Source: an uncultured Planctomycetota bacterium
Lineage (GTDB): Bacteria; Planctomycetota; Planctomycetia; Isosphaerales; Isosphaeraceae
Reading direction: 5' to 3'
Assembly: GCA_963823665.1 (NCBI GenBank)
Contig: CAWGMQ010000010.1
Span: 448,001-512,000 of the forward strand
Length of the DNA: 64,000 nt
In this document: positions 1 to 12,756 of the stretch, in pieces
Layout: each line of letters opens with the position of its first letter
Numbering within the stretch: the stretch's first letter is position 1
Notes under the pieces: generated by a model
The model's database searches: none
What the model was told of the DNA's origin: nothing
The model's input: the letters and a program-made list of their open reading frames with translations, nothing else
Position numbers and translations under genes: made by a program

Positions 1-3000
1 CGGTGGCTCGCCGTTCGGGTCGAACTCCAGGTGGGTGGCCGGATCCCAGTTGAACGTGTAGAACACCTTGTTGCCGACCGCGCCGGCGTCGTCGGTGGCA
101 AAGACCTCGATGGTCTTGTTACCGTCGGTTGTATAGAGCGAAGCCGGGTTCCAATTGAAGGTGAAGGAGCCATTGGCACTGGTGGAATTGGTCGAGTCGG
201 GAACCGGGATCGGGTTGTTGGGATTGTAGCCGGCGATCACGATCGGGTTGCCCGGGTCGGTGACGTCTTCGACCGTGACCCAGGTGCTGTTGCCGAAGCC
301 GCTGATCTCGCTCAGGCCGCTGATTGTGATCGGCGTGCCGACGTACGGCGGGTTGGTCCCGACCCCGGGGGCCGTGGGGGCGACGGTAACGGAATTGCCG
401 ACGAGCAAGGGGGGCAGGTTGATCGCGAACTGGCCGCGGCCCCAGGTAGTGGCCAGCAGCAGATCGGGATCCGCGGTCACCGTGGGATCGGCGGCGGCCA
501 GGGTTGCGGTTCCGGTGGCTGTGGCGTTCGCGGAGAGAACGATGCTCTGGCCGAACGTGTTGACCGACACGATCGTCGTCCCTGCCGGTATGCCGGCGCC
601 GGTGATGGTATCACCCGGGAGAAGCGACGACACGGGATTGACGCCTGTCACCGAGTCGGAACCGCTGGTGAGCGTGGCCGAAAGGACGATCGCCTCATCG
701 GGGCCGGCCAGGGTAGGCATTCCGGTATTGGCGTTGACATTGCCCAGGGACACGTCAAGGTCGGTGACGGCTGCGTGAGGAAGGTCGCCGCCATCTGCGA
801 CGGCACCATAGGTGGTGCTCGGGAAGAGGGTCCAGGTTGCTCCGTTGTCGAGCGACTGGAAGACGCCTGAGCCGGTGCTTCCGGAGCCGCCGGAGCTCAC
901 GTAGAGCACCGGGTGACTGCCCTTGGTGGGGTCGGACGGGTCAAACGGAATCTGATAGCGCCAGTCAGCGACGATCGAGGACAACGTGACCGCCTGGTTG
1001 AGCGTGACCTTGTTGCCGTCCATCGTCGGGTCGTAGTTCTGGCCGAAGATCGAGTACGACAGATCGTTGATGTTGTTCGTGATGTTGGCCCAGGTCGCGC
1101 CCGTGGCGACGGAATTGTTCATGTAGAAGACGCCGTCGGTCGTGATGGCGTAGGCGTCGTGGCTGCCCCGGATCGGGTCCGTGATGATCTCGATGACGGG
1201 CTTGCCGTCCAGGCCGGCGCTGATGTTGATCCAGTTGTTGCTGGTGCCGTTGCCGCCGCCGTTCTGGGTGACGTAGATGCTCCCGGTCTGGGTGCCGACG
1301 TAGATGAAGTTGCCGAGGTTGCCCACTCCCACCGGGGCGGTCGGGTCCGGCGCGCCGTAAGCCAGAGCGAGGTCGAAGCTGCCGGGGCTGCCGAATACGC
1401 TCGGGTCGCCGATGTCGAACCAGGTGACGCCGGCATTCTGAGTGACGAAAACGCGCCCCACATTCGAGCTGATGGCGACTTCGGCGCTATCGACGGGGTT
1501 GACGGCGAAGTCGGTGCCCTGCCCGAAGGGCCATTGCGGGTCGGGCGTCGGCAGATTGCCGGATTGCTGTAGCAAGCCGAAGGTGCGGGCGACGTAACCT
1601 CCGCCTGCCTGGCCGGCGGCGCCCAGACCGGCTCCGCTCAAGCCGGGGCCGATGTACTGGAAGAAGTCGAGGTCATTGCCGCCGCAGCAGGGCATGAAAT
1701 ACTGATAGGCGCTTCCCAGTCCCTGCTGGTCGGTGCCGACTCCAACGGCGTCTCCGGTGTAGTCGCTGGCGGCCTGGAAGTAGGTGATGTTGCCGTCGGA
1801 GAGGATGTTGGGGTCAGACACCGGCCCGCCGTTATCTTGCGAGCTGCCATAGAACATGGCACCGGCGATCTGGGCGGCGGCACTCGAGGGCTGGACCGCA
1901 CCATAGTAGAACTGGGTGATCTGGAGATTGCCGTTGCGGTCAACGTTTGCGAGTTGATCGGTGGGCGAGCCGAGCTGGACGCCGGAGGCGGACTGGCCGA
2001 CCTGAGATTCGAAGGTGCCGTTGTTGTCGAGGATCGTCCAGACACCCTGATCGTTACCCAGGAGGAGGCGCGGCAAACCGGTCAAGGGGTCGACCATCGT
2101 TGTGATCGTCTGGTAGTCGGTCCCGCCGGGGTCGAACGGAATCCAGGTGACGCCGGCTCCGTTGTTGGTGAACTCGGAGTAGTCAAAGACGTCGAGGGAT
2201 GAATTGGCCAGGAAGGGCGATTGCGGGCTGCGGATGAAGTTCTCGTAGGGCGTGACATCGTCGCCGCCCAGAATGTTGTTGATGAAGAACGGAGGTGTAT
2301 CGACCGGGGTCGTGATCGTGACCGGGCCGGTGGAGTTCAGAGCGATCGCGCCGCCGTCGTTCGAGAAGCTTGAATAGGGGACGAGCGAGTGGGCATCCCA
2401 GATGTTCGTCGTATCGATGCGTGCGAAGGCCGTTTCATCCGGTGTGGCGCTGCCGTTCAAGTACACCGAGCTTCCGCCCAGATAGACGATGTTGGGATCG
2501 GTGGGGTCGAGTGTCATGATCAGCTCGTTGTTCCCCTGATTCGTGAACTCGCCCTGGCCGGTGATCTGGTAATTCGTGCCGATGTTGTTGGTGGGGATGG
2601 CCTGGGTCACCGTGGGAATGGTGACCTCGGTCCAGTTCTCGCCGAAGTCCTTGGTCTCGAATAGCCCATAGAAACCGCCCGCGGGCGTGGCGACCGCGGC
2701 GAAGAGCCAGCCTTCGTAGATCGGATCCTCTGCAGCATTGCCGGTCGCCTGAGGCACTGACAGCACGATCTGACCTTCTGCACCGTTGGGGGTAAGGCCC
2801 TGGACGGGGCTGACGTTTTCGCCCGTGAGTGTGTTCACGATGAGCGGGTTGCCGACGCCGCCGGTCAGCACGCTCCAGATCTGTCCCTGGTTGGGGCTCA
2901 TCTCGACGCCCACGCCGCGAAGGCCGGCATAAATGATCTGGAGGTTGCCCTGGGATGTGGTGCCCGAGGCGCCGTTGATGACGGCCCCGGAATCCTGGTC

Positions 3001-6000
3001 GAGCACAACCGATGTCGCCTGGCCGGGGAGCAGGTTGGTCCAGTGGGCACCCGAATCGAGACTGCGCCAAACTCCGCCCGTCGGGCCGCTGACGGCGGCA
3101 TAGATGATCACCTGGTTGGAGGGGGAAAGCTTGGGGTCGACTACGACCTGGTAGATCGTGTCGCCGACGAAAGTACGATCGCGCATGAGCGCCGGCGTGG
3201 TGGTTTCGATCGGCAGCGGGTTGCCGCTTGAATCGACGTTGGTCGCGCTGTCGTCGAGGGTCCAGGTTGCGCCGCCGTCGGTGGAGATCAAGAACCCGAC
3301 GCCGGGCGTGGTCGGGGTCGTGTTGCCGTCGCCAGTGGCGGCGATGATCACGGTCTGGTTCACGTCGTGATTCTGCGGGAAGACGGTGATGCTGCCGATG
3401 TTGACGGCATCGGTCGGGCCGAAGTCGGTGAGGGAGATCCAGGTCGGGCCGCCGGGGTTGGTGGTCAGGAAGTCGGTGGTCTTCCAGATGCCGCCGGTGG
3501 CACCGGCCGCATAGACGGTGTTGCCTGTCGAATCGGACGGATCGACGGCGATGGCGGTGATCCGGCCGGAAGTCGCCATCGTGTCGGCGGAGGTCGCGCC
3601 GGTGCCGGCGTTGTTGGAGGCGGAGCCGACCGGCGTCCAGGCCTCGGCCGACATCGAGTTCGCCTGAGCCAGGTTGAAGATGCGGAAGCTGGCGTTGATG
3701 TTATCGGCGCCGGGGACACCGAGGTCGGAGTTCGGAACCGGCTTCTGGAAACTCATGGACCAACTGTTGATCGTGCCGGTCAGGCCGTTGGAGCTGCTGT
3801 TCTGGACGTCGAGCACCCAGGTCCCCTGGGCATTGAAGCCGGCGAAGGCCGATAGCGGCATCTGCGGATTGAACGTGCCGAAGAACGGTGCCGAACCCTG
3901 CTCGATCGGCGTGGCCGCCCGGTCGTCGAAGGTCGTGCTCGTGAAATTGGCCGCTTGCGGAGTGCCGCCGACGTCGGTGGCGAGCACGACCGAGGCCAGC
4001 AGATCTCCATTCAAGTCGTAATGGTTCAGGGTGAGGATCAGGGTCTGATCACTCGGGAAAGTCAGGCTGAGCGTGACGCGCAGCCCACTGACACCCGACG
4101 AGGTCGTGTCGCCCTGGACCAGGAAATTGTCGGGCACGATGATTGTCGACGTGACGTCCCCGGTCGTTTGCCCCAGCGGTGGAGCGGGGATGACCTTGGG
4201 CAGATCGCTCGCGCCGTAATTCACCGTCTTGACCGGGCTCGTGGGGCTGCCGCCGCGAAGCACGGTAAGGCCGGCGTCCAGGCTCGAGTCGACTTGGTTG
4301 CCGTTTGCGTCCATCGGAAACTGGCCGGTGACCGGGTCGGCGCCGAGCTCGACGGTGTAGGTGCCGCTGAGCTCCTGCTCGGGGAAGCCGATGGCAAATG
4401 TGGTCGCCAGGCCGTTGACAGCGCCCACCGGCGCGACAGTAATCACCGGCGTGATGTTGAGCGCCCAGTTCTCGAGTGTGCCCTTGACGGCCGTGTTGGT
4501 ATTGGTGATCTGAAGCGTCCAGACACCAGGGATCCACATCGCGGCGTCGAGTGGGTTGGTGATATCGACGGTCTTGCCGTCCAGGGTAGAGAGCTGGCCG
4601 ACCGGACGATACGACCCGGTGAACGGGGCCGAGCCGCTGGTGATCGAGCTTTCCGCTCCGTCGTCGAACGTCGTGTTGACGAAGTCTGCCTTGTTGCCCC
4701 CCACACCCGAGAACAACTGGACCTGGGTGCCGTCCGGGGCGATCAAGACGGCGGAGAGCGATTCATCGTCGGAGAACGATGCATTCAACTGGACCGAGAT
4801 GTGGGCGATGGTGAACGAGCCGTCGAAGCTGGGGACGGTCACGGTCGAATCGAGCACGCTCGGAGTGGTCGGCGAGGTCGCGGCGGGAATGGTCTGGAGG
4901 GAGCTATCCGACGGGTAGGTCTGCGGACCGGTGATCGGACCGACTGGACCCATGATCGAGAGCACCTGGCCGGGGGTGACCGACGCGACCTCCATGGGAC
5001 GGTCGAAGGTCACGTCGAGGGAGCTGTTGGTTCCATCGAGGACCAGGTTATCGCTGCCCGTGCCCCCGGGGACGGAGGTCGACACCACGTAGGGGCCCGG
5101 CATGATCAAGGGGAGTGTGTTCTGATTGAAGGGCGGGTTCAGGATATTGGTCTTGTTGAACGTGAACGGGGCCGAGGTCTGGGGCGTGGGTACCACGTAC
5201 GCATCGCCGGGCGTCAGGCCCGTGAACGGTGTGGTGAGCGGGTTCTCATCGGACGTGCCGTCGGCATTCTGATCCATCGCGGCACCGGTCTCGAGCTCCA
5301 GCTTGGGCGCTGTCGAATCCACGGTGAGCGACCAGCTCACCAACTCGCCGATGTTGATCGAGGAGTAGTTGAGGACAGCAAACTGGTACGTACCGGCGGC
5401 CGGGCCACCGTTCAGAACGGCCAGCGGGTTATAACCCTGGTACGTCCCGTTAGTGTACGGTCCGCTTGCCACCTCGATTGACTCTGCCGCCTGATCCGAA
5501 AATGTGACGTTTGTGAGGTTCTTGTTGGTGTCTCCGGGCTTATAATACAGTAGGGCCAGAGTGCCGTTGGGCGAAAAGAGCCCGATCTCCAGGTCGCCCA
5601 GGTCACCCAGGCCATTGATCGGGTCGGTTATGTTGACGGTGAGCGTAACATTGCTGATGATCTGGTTGGCCGGTGCCGTGAACGTGATGAACGAGTTTGT
5701 CTGGTCGTAATTGTTGTTCCCCGAGCCGCCGGGGCCGTAGGCGGCGACCGGCTCGTCGGCAGTCACCGATCCTGTGAGCGGCGTCTGCGGGGCTTGCACC
5801 GTGTCGTAAGACCAGATCGGCGCACTGATGGGCGTCACTGTGGACGGCGTCGGTGAAGATGCGCCGTTGTCGGGCAGGATTACGTAGCTGTACGTACCCG
5901 TGTAGTTGGTGATCCCGCTGGCGGCGCCGCTGGGCAGCTCGTTGGGGTTGAACGTGACGATGAAATTCTCATAGCCGTCCGTGCCGTCCTGAGTCGGATC

Positions 6001-9000
6001 GGTGTCGTAGTCAGGCGGCACGACGGGCGCGACGCCGGTCACCAGGAGCGGGATTGACGCATCGCCGCTGGTGGTGTCGTGGTAAAAGACCTCGACGTCG
6101 GACTTCGTGAAGGTCTCCTCGTTCAGAGCGATCAAGGCTTGAGGGTCGATGGGGCGGTCGAAGGTGACTTCGAAGGCGGTGGGCATCGATGCGGCGCCGT
6201 TGATCGAGATCGACCAACTGTTGAAGATTCCGGCTTGGGCCGAGTTGCCCCCGGCGACACTGAGCGTCCAGTTACCCACGGCGCGTTGACCGTTCAAGAC
6301 GCTCAAGGGACTGGACGGCCGGAAGGTGCCGTTGTAGGGCCCTGTGCCGGAGGCGATCGGCACGGACGCCGAGTCGGAGAAGGTCGTGCTCGTAAAACTC
6401 TGGCCCGTGGCGCTGGGATCCTGATACAGGATCACGGACTGACCGTTGGGAGCGATGAGGGTCAGGGTCAGATTACCGTCGTCGGCGTAAACGATGTTGA
6501 CCGTGACCTCGACGCCCGTGACATTGAGGCTGGGGTTGCCCGTGATCGGGATCACGGACGAGGTTGCGGTTCCGCTAGGCGTGCCGACAGGGGGCACGAA
6601 ATTGGGAAGGTCGGCCGACGACGACGAGCCCGAGAGGGTGGTGTCGACCACTGGCCCCATCGTGCTCGAGATGATGCGCGGCCCGGCCGCGATGGTCATC
6701 GGCTGGTACCAGATGTTGAGCGGGAAACGCGACGACGGCCGTGCCGTTGAAGTAGCTGTCGTTGAAGTTGAGGGTCAACTGGTAATTGGGATCGTAGAAG
6801 TTGCCGGCCCAGATCGGGAAGACCTGACCATTGGAGACGGCCAGGCCCATCTGGTTGCCGTAGCCGAACGGGGCGTCGGTCTGCCCATTGCGCGACCGAC
6901 TCGTCGTCCGAGGCCGGACCGATGTCGTTGACCGCGCCCGTGATGGCGTCGACGGCCTGTTTGGGTGGGTTGGCGTAGGTCTGCGGTCCGAAGGTCTGGC
7001 CGCCGTCGATGCTGGTGGTGATGTAGGTCGCGACGCGGGCGTCGGCTGCGTCGTCGCGGGCATCGCGCCAGGACATGACCAGCGTGCCGGTTGACTGATC
7101 GACGGCGATCTCGGGCTGGAACTGGGTGCGGCCGGTGACGATGTTGTTTGCATTCGGGGTGAGGGAGTCGTTGGCACCGCTCTCGCCGTCGCTTGTGCCC
7201 TGGTCGTCGTTGACGAGCTCCGGAGCGCTCCAGGACATGCCGCCGTCGTCGGAGTAGATCAGGAAGATGTCGGTGTTCTGGGTCGGGTTCGTCACGCCGT
7301 TGACGGTCACGACGAAGTAGCCGACGAACGCCATGTAAATGCGGCCGAACGTGCGGCCGGAGGAGCCGCCCACGTCGGCGCCGTAGGGGCTGTAGGGCCC
7401 GAGCGTGTTGTCGACGGCCATCACCATGCCGGGACCGACGCCCTGGGGATCGGTGAATGCGGCGGTGGGATACGTGTCTGTCAGCGAGCCGCCGACCACG
7501 TCGGTGAGAAACGCGGAGGTGTTGGTTCCGTAGACGTAGTCGAACTGGTTGGCCGCGACGGTTGGGAAGCTTGGCTGAGTGAGCCCGGTGCTGAACTGGA
7601 GGCTGAATTCGTTGAGCGTGGTTGCGCCAGTCGTCGTGGCGCTGTAATTTTGAATGAACAGCGTCCACGTGCCGTTGATGTTGGCGCCGAGACCCTTCAC
7701 GAAGCTCGCCAGGGTGACGCCGAAGGGGGTTTCCGGGCGGAAGAACCCGACGTAATTGGTTCCCGCCGCGGTGTTTCCGTTGGTCCCGGTGGTCGTCGGG
7801 TCGAAAATGTCGCGGGTGGCGTTGTCGTCGAAGACCGTGCCGATCGTGAGCCCGTTATATACGCCGATGCCGCTGCCGCTCGGTAGACCGACCCCCGTGT
7901 TGGTGGTGCCCGCGGCATTGATTTGATTGAGGACCAACGTGATCTGGCCCGCGTTATTGGGAGCGATCAGGACGAGACTCAGGTTCGAGACGGGTGCCTG
8001 GGTATCGTTGATAGCGACGGTGACGGTGAGGTCGTTGATCAGGGCCGTGTTGGGCACGCTGACGTTGACCGTCTGCGCCAGCTTCCCGGTAATGACGGAC
8101 CCCGACGGGGCCGGCGCCGGCTGAAGCACGCTGACGGTGCCGGCCCATTGGGTGCGATCGTCGTTGTCGTTATTGGTAACGACAATGTCATTCCAGGGCT
8201 CGGCCGAGTTGTTGGAGAGGTTCATCAAAGCGATCGCCGTCGGGACTTTCTGTCCGGCGTCGAAGTCGGGAGGGTTGTTCGTGCTTGTCGGGGAGGCGGT
8301 CCTGACGAAGACAGCGGCGTTGGCGGTGTCCTGATTCTGGAAAACGGCGACCATACTTTCGCCGTTCGGTCCTCCCAGGCCGTAGAGCACGGCGATATCC
8401 TGGAACGTAGCCGGGGTTCCACCGCTGCTCAGGCGTCCGATCGCCACGCCCTGCTGACCGCCGACCGGCGTGCCGGGAATGACGGAGTTGGCAACGGTGG
8501 ACAAGGCGAAACTAACCGTGGCGCCTCCGGGCGTGGATGTGTTGCGTAGCACCAACAAGGAGTTGGCGCCGGGGCTGTTGGTTACAACGGCCAGATCGTT
8601 CAGCGGGTTGGCGTTGCCGGTGAGGCTGCCGGCAGCCATCGAGACTGCATTGGCACCGAGCGGGGTTACCGGAATCCCCACGTTGAAGCTGGCGCCGGCG
8701 GCGCCGCTGGTATTCAGGAAAACCTTGACGGAGCTATCGTCAGCCCCGGTGCCCTTATTGAGGACCGCGATACTGGCGGAGCCGGTGCCGCCAAAGTTCC
8801 CGACTGCGACCGCGACGGGATTGTTCAGGCCGTCTGCGGCTGTGAACTGGAACAGAACGCTTCCCAGGCCGCCATTTCCGAGCGGATCCAGGATCGTGAC
8901 GACGTTGGTGGACGTGTCGAGGGTGACGAGATCATTGAGCGCCACGCCGACGCCATTGCCCAGACTGATCGCGGCGACGGCCACCGTGTCCGACCCGGAG

Positions 9001-10553
9001 GGGTAATTGAACGTCTTGCCCGCCGCAAACACTCCCGAGCCGCCGACGGCCAGAGTGCCATTGATCAAAGTGGTCTCGCCGCCGGAGAGATTGGCAACCG
9101 CTGCATCGAGGACGGTCGTCGAGTTGGTATGGCTGTAGAGCGGAGCCAGAACGACACCGTCAGGCTCCTGCTGGGCCGGAGCGATTGTCGTCGCCGGAAA
9201 TGTGCCGTTGACGGACGGGGAATTCTCCAGCACGCCGAGCTGACCACTGGGCTGGGTGGGATATTTGTCCGCCACGACGATGTCGTTCAAGCCGTCGCCG
9301 TTGACGTCGGTGCTCAAGGCACTCGCGGCCGATGGCACGGCGATAGCGGAGGGATCGGCCGGGATTGTGCTGGTGGAGCTACCGGCGGGATAGATCCCGT
9401 TCCCCTTTACGGGTGTCGTCCAGTTGCCCTGGGTGGCTGGCGGCTTTACGGCCGCCGGGATACTCGCGGGCAGGCCTGGACCGTCAAACCCGTAGGCGTT
9501 GCCGGGATTGGCGATGTTCGTCACGAGCTGGGTCAGCGGCGGCGAGAGCGTGGAATAGGTGCCCGAGTCCTCCCATGCGATCGTGATCTGGCCGGGATTG
9601 GAGGAATTGGCCGTGCTGATCACCAGTTGGGGGTGCGTGTCCACTTGCGGGCCGGTATTGCCACCGGCGTTCATGGTTTGCACGCCGCTGAATGCCAGCG
9701 TCTCTTCGTTTCCGGATGGGGATGCGATCGGCGTGCCCACGACGAGCTCGGCCCGGTCCGGCGTGAAGTTAATATAGCCTCCGACGGGTACCTGGTCGAT
9801 GCTGGCCCACGCGATATAGACGTCGTTGGCGTAGGGGTCGTTGGGTACGTCCGCGGGGAGAGTCGTCACCGAGGTGGGGTGAGTGCCCGCATCGACGGCC
9901 AGTGTCGGACTGGTGATGGCGTCGGAGTCGCTCACCCACTGGTAGATGATTTGATTGGCAATGGTTTGCGTCGCCGTACTACCGCTGAAATTGTACCTCT
10001 CGAGCACGAGGGCTCCGTCGGTCGGGCCCGAGGATTCCATATACAGAACGTAGACGTTGCCCTGCGCATCCCAGGCGACGCTAGGGTCGGTGATTTGTAG
10101 ATAGGGCTCCGGCGTGGTGCTGGCGGCCGTCGCGGGGTCGAGCATGGGCGCACCGAGCCCCGACGCACTTGTCCAGGTCGTGCCACCGTCGCCCGAGAAC
10201 TCGCCCTCGATCACCGCCGTCGGCGGGGAAACGGCAGGCGTAATTTGCGATAAGTCAATTCCCCAGACGGAGAAGACCTTTTGCGCATCATAGGGGTCGA
10301 CTGCCACAGTTGGGCTGTTGGCGTCGCCTTGCGTGGTCACGCTCGTCATACCCGTCAACGGGACCGGCGAATCGGGCGTGCCGTTGACCTGCGTCGGCGC
10401 CACGGCCGGTATCGTGGCCAGCAGCGTGCGCGTCTCGAGCCCTTCGACCTCGACGCGTCGGTGACGCGATTTTCGACTCTTTGTAAGGGGCGATCCCACT
10501 TGGCTCCGAACGCGGCGCCCGACGAACGACGTGCCCGACGATCCCTTAACCAT
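1..10553 (-). CDS. Giant secreted/surface protein (>3,500 aa, C-terminus beyond left edge): LEPR-XLL-like N-terminus, FG-GAP-like repeats, about 5 proprotein-convertase P-domain-like modules, Asp-box (BNR) propellers; two apparent frameshifts (~6890, ~6722)
   Basis: ATG at 10553 with GGGAGA upstream. N-terminus has RHRRVEVEGLETRTLLA. ORF 6696..10568 continues via the frame of 6575..7177 (GQTDAPFGYGNQMGLAV) into a third frame that I read as open from ~6720 to base 1 (LNIWYQP...NGEPP). Asp-boxes SGDGGTTW, YSDDGGMSW, SIDGGQTF, STDGGATW, SLDSGAHW, SLDNGATW; DVNGDGLNDIVV; repeated LIAPxG...F(D/S)D...(F/Y)RP...GxWxL units. Confidence 0.85.
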
Positions 10554-10824
10554 GACCGTGTCTCCCACTCTCGTTGGTCGCTTCTTCGCAGCGTGATGCT
10601 TGTGGCGATGATTCCGATTGTGCCGACGGCGCTAACTGAATGGACGAGATAAATCCCGACGAATCGAGAAAACATGCAGGCTTAACACGGCGGAGTCAAA
10701 TTTCTCTTCCATTGCCGCGCGGTTTTCACTTCGCGCGAATTTTGGCGGTCCCATACCCCGGATTCTTGCTGGTCGATCGCCAAGCCAAGCCTGCACATCC
10801 TCGATGGTTGGCTGCATCGTCGCG

Positions 10825-10833
10825 TGGTATAAT
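10825..10833 (+). promoter_or_regulatory. Possible extended -10 promoter (TGgTATAAT) facing the S53 peptidase gene
   Basis: Perfect TGnTATAAT in the divergent intergenic region; a TTGACA on the minus strand (10853-10848) lies just next to it. Confidence 0.35.
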
Positions 10834-11216
10834 GCACGCGCGGGTGGTGTCAAGTCAAGAGGCAACTGCCGAATTCTGAAGAGAAATCCATGCGTACACT
10901 TCTGACCCCGGCCCACCGAAGAAGGATTTGAATGGGGACTTGCCGTTCGGGAGCACCTAGTCGATGCATTCCTCTTCGGTTACGCCATCCTGGCTGGCCG
11001 CCAAGGGGTAAAGGATATCAAAGGGTGTAATAATCTCTCAAGGCGCCATCGGCAGGTGCGCCACGACCTTATCTTGATCGGGGGAGTGGTCTGGAATCAG
11101 GCCGCTTCGCCCGATATCGTTAGGACTGCACTTTCTGCCTTGGTTTGATTTGGTTCGCAATCGTCCTCTTCGGTCATTGATCAAGCAGCACGTTCATCAT
11201 CGCCAAGAGGTTTGCC

Positions 11217-12698
11217 ATGCGGAAGCGAACCGTGCGCCGCTACAGTCCGTGTCTGGGCCTTTTGGACGTCCGGTGCTTGCTTTCGGCCTACACGCCGGCG
11301 CAGATCACGGCGGCGTACGGGCTCTCCGGGCTCTCGCTTGCAACGCTTTCCGGTGGCAGCGTGGCCGGCGACGGCACCGGGCAGACGATCGCTCTCATCG
11401 AGACGTACCATGATCCGAATATTCAAGCAGCATTGAATGGTTTTGATGCAAAGTTCGGGCTACCGAACATCACTCTCAATGTGATCAATCAGGCTGGAAG
11501 CCAGACTGACGGCGGCTGGGCGGGGGAAGAGTCGCTCGATGTCGAGTGGGCGCACGCGATCGCGCCCGGAGCGGCCATCACCGTGGTGGAGGCCGCGCCG
11601 GGGAATAATGACGCTCAGGGATTTCAAGATTTCTTGAACGCGATCGCGACCGCAAGCGCGATCAAAGGGGTTTCGGTCGTATCGATGAGTCTGGGAGGGC
11701 CGGAGTTTTCCGGTGAGAGCTCGAGCGACTCGGTGTTCTCGACCGCGGGCATCACGTACATCGCCTCGAGCGGCGATGAGGGCACGGTGGAATGGCCGTC
11801 GGTTGCGCCTGATGTCCTGGCCGTGGGCGGAACGACTTTGAAACTCAGCGCGAGCTCCGGCTACGGATCGGAGCTCGGCTGGGCGGGGACGGGGGGCGGA
11901 ATCAGCGTTGGGGAAAGAGAGCCAACCTATCAGGACGTGGTGCAATCGAGCGCGGCCAGGAGCACGCCCGACGTGTCGTTCGACGCCGATCCGGCGTCGG
12001 GGGTTGCCGTGTACTACATCCCGCCGGCGCCGGATGAGGGAGGAGGACAATGGGGAACGGTGGGAGGCACGAGCGTGGGGGCACCAGCCTGGGCCGGGAT
12101 TCTGGCGATTGCCAACCAGGGGCGGGCGCTCCTGGGGCTCTCGACGTTGACCGGCGGCACGCAGACGCTGCCGGCGATCTATTCAATGCCGGCGACCGAT
12201 TTTCGGAAGGTTTCCCCGGGCTTTGGAATCAGCTCCGGCACGACGAACCTGGCGATCAGCACAACGAGCTACAACACGCAAACCGGTCTGGGAACGCCGG
12301 TCGGCTCGGCCCTGATCGGCGCTCTCATCGCCGCGTACGATAGTTCGAGTTCCCCACCGACGAGCAATCCACCGCCCTCGTCGAATCCGCCGCCGGCTCT
12401 GCCCACGACGCCCCCACCGCCGGTGGTACCTCCGCCGTTCACGATTCCGACGCCGATTCCGATCACCGTTCCGGTCGCCCCGATCACGTACGCACCGGCG
12501 CCCGCGCCAACGCCCGTCACGCGCCCGCCAACGCCCACAACTCCCCCGCCGGCGGCGCCGCCGATGGCCATCCCGAAGAAGAAAACCGCCGGGCACACCA
12601 CGAAGCACCACGCGAAACCGGCGCACCCGATCGTTCGATCCAAGAAGACGGCCAAGACGAAGCAGAAGGCGAACGGGCGCAGCGAGAATGGCGGTTGA
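11217..12698 (+). CDS. S53 (sedolisin/kumamolisin-like) serine peptidase, catalytic domain only, with Pro-rich linker and Lys/His-rich tail
   Basis: EESLDVEWAHAIAPGA (ExxxD), ASSGD (oxyanion), RSTPDVS, GGTSVGAP (catalytic Ser), GLGTP. N-terminal LGLLDVRCLLS resembles the LEPR-XLL motif. Confidence 0.9.
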   Translation: MRKRTVRRYSPCLGLLDVRCLLSAYTPAQITAAYGLSGLSLATLSGGSVAGDGTGQTIALIETYHDPNIQAALNGFDAKFGLPNITLNVINQAGSQTDGGWAGEESLDVEWAHAIAPGAAITVVEAAPGNNDAQGFQDFLNAIATASAIKGVSVVSMSLGGPEFSGESSSDSVFSTAGITYIASSGDEGTVEWPSVAPDVLAVGGTTLKLSASSGYGSELGWAGTGGGISVGEREPTYQDVVQSSAARSTPDVSFDADPASGVAVYYIPPAPDEGGGQWGTVGGTSVGAPAWAGILAIANQGRALLGLSTLTGGTQTLPAIYSMPATDFRKVSPGFGISSGTTNLAISTTSYNTQTGLGTPVGSALIGALIAAYDSSSSPPTSNPPPSSNPPPALPTTPPPPVVPPPFTIPTPIPITVPVAPITYAPAPAPTPVTRPPTPTTPPPAAPPMAIPKKKTAGHTTKHHAKPAHPIVRSKKTAKTKQKANGRSENGG

Positions 12699-12756
12699 TG
12701 AATCGACGCGCCGCAGTCGTTGACGCGTCTTGGGCAGCGGCGCACTTTGAACACGA

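Noticed and set aside
31..10100. Numerous plus-strand ORFs (for example 3955..5481, 31..870)
   Set aside because: Antisense shadows of the giant minus-strand gene in GC-rich DNA.
10840..11216. Riboswitch in the long leader of the S53 gene
   Set aside because: No recognisable aptamer consensus (c-di-GMP, TPP, cobalamin, SAM) by eye; an Rfam scan would be needed.
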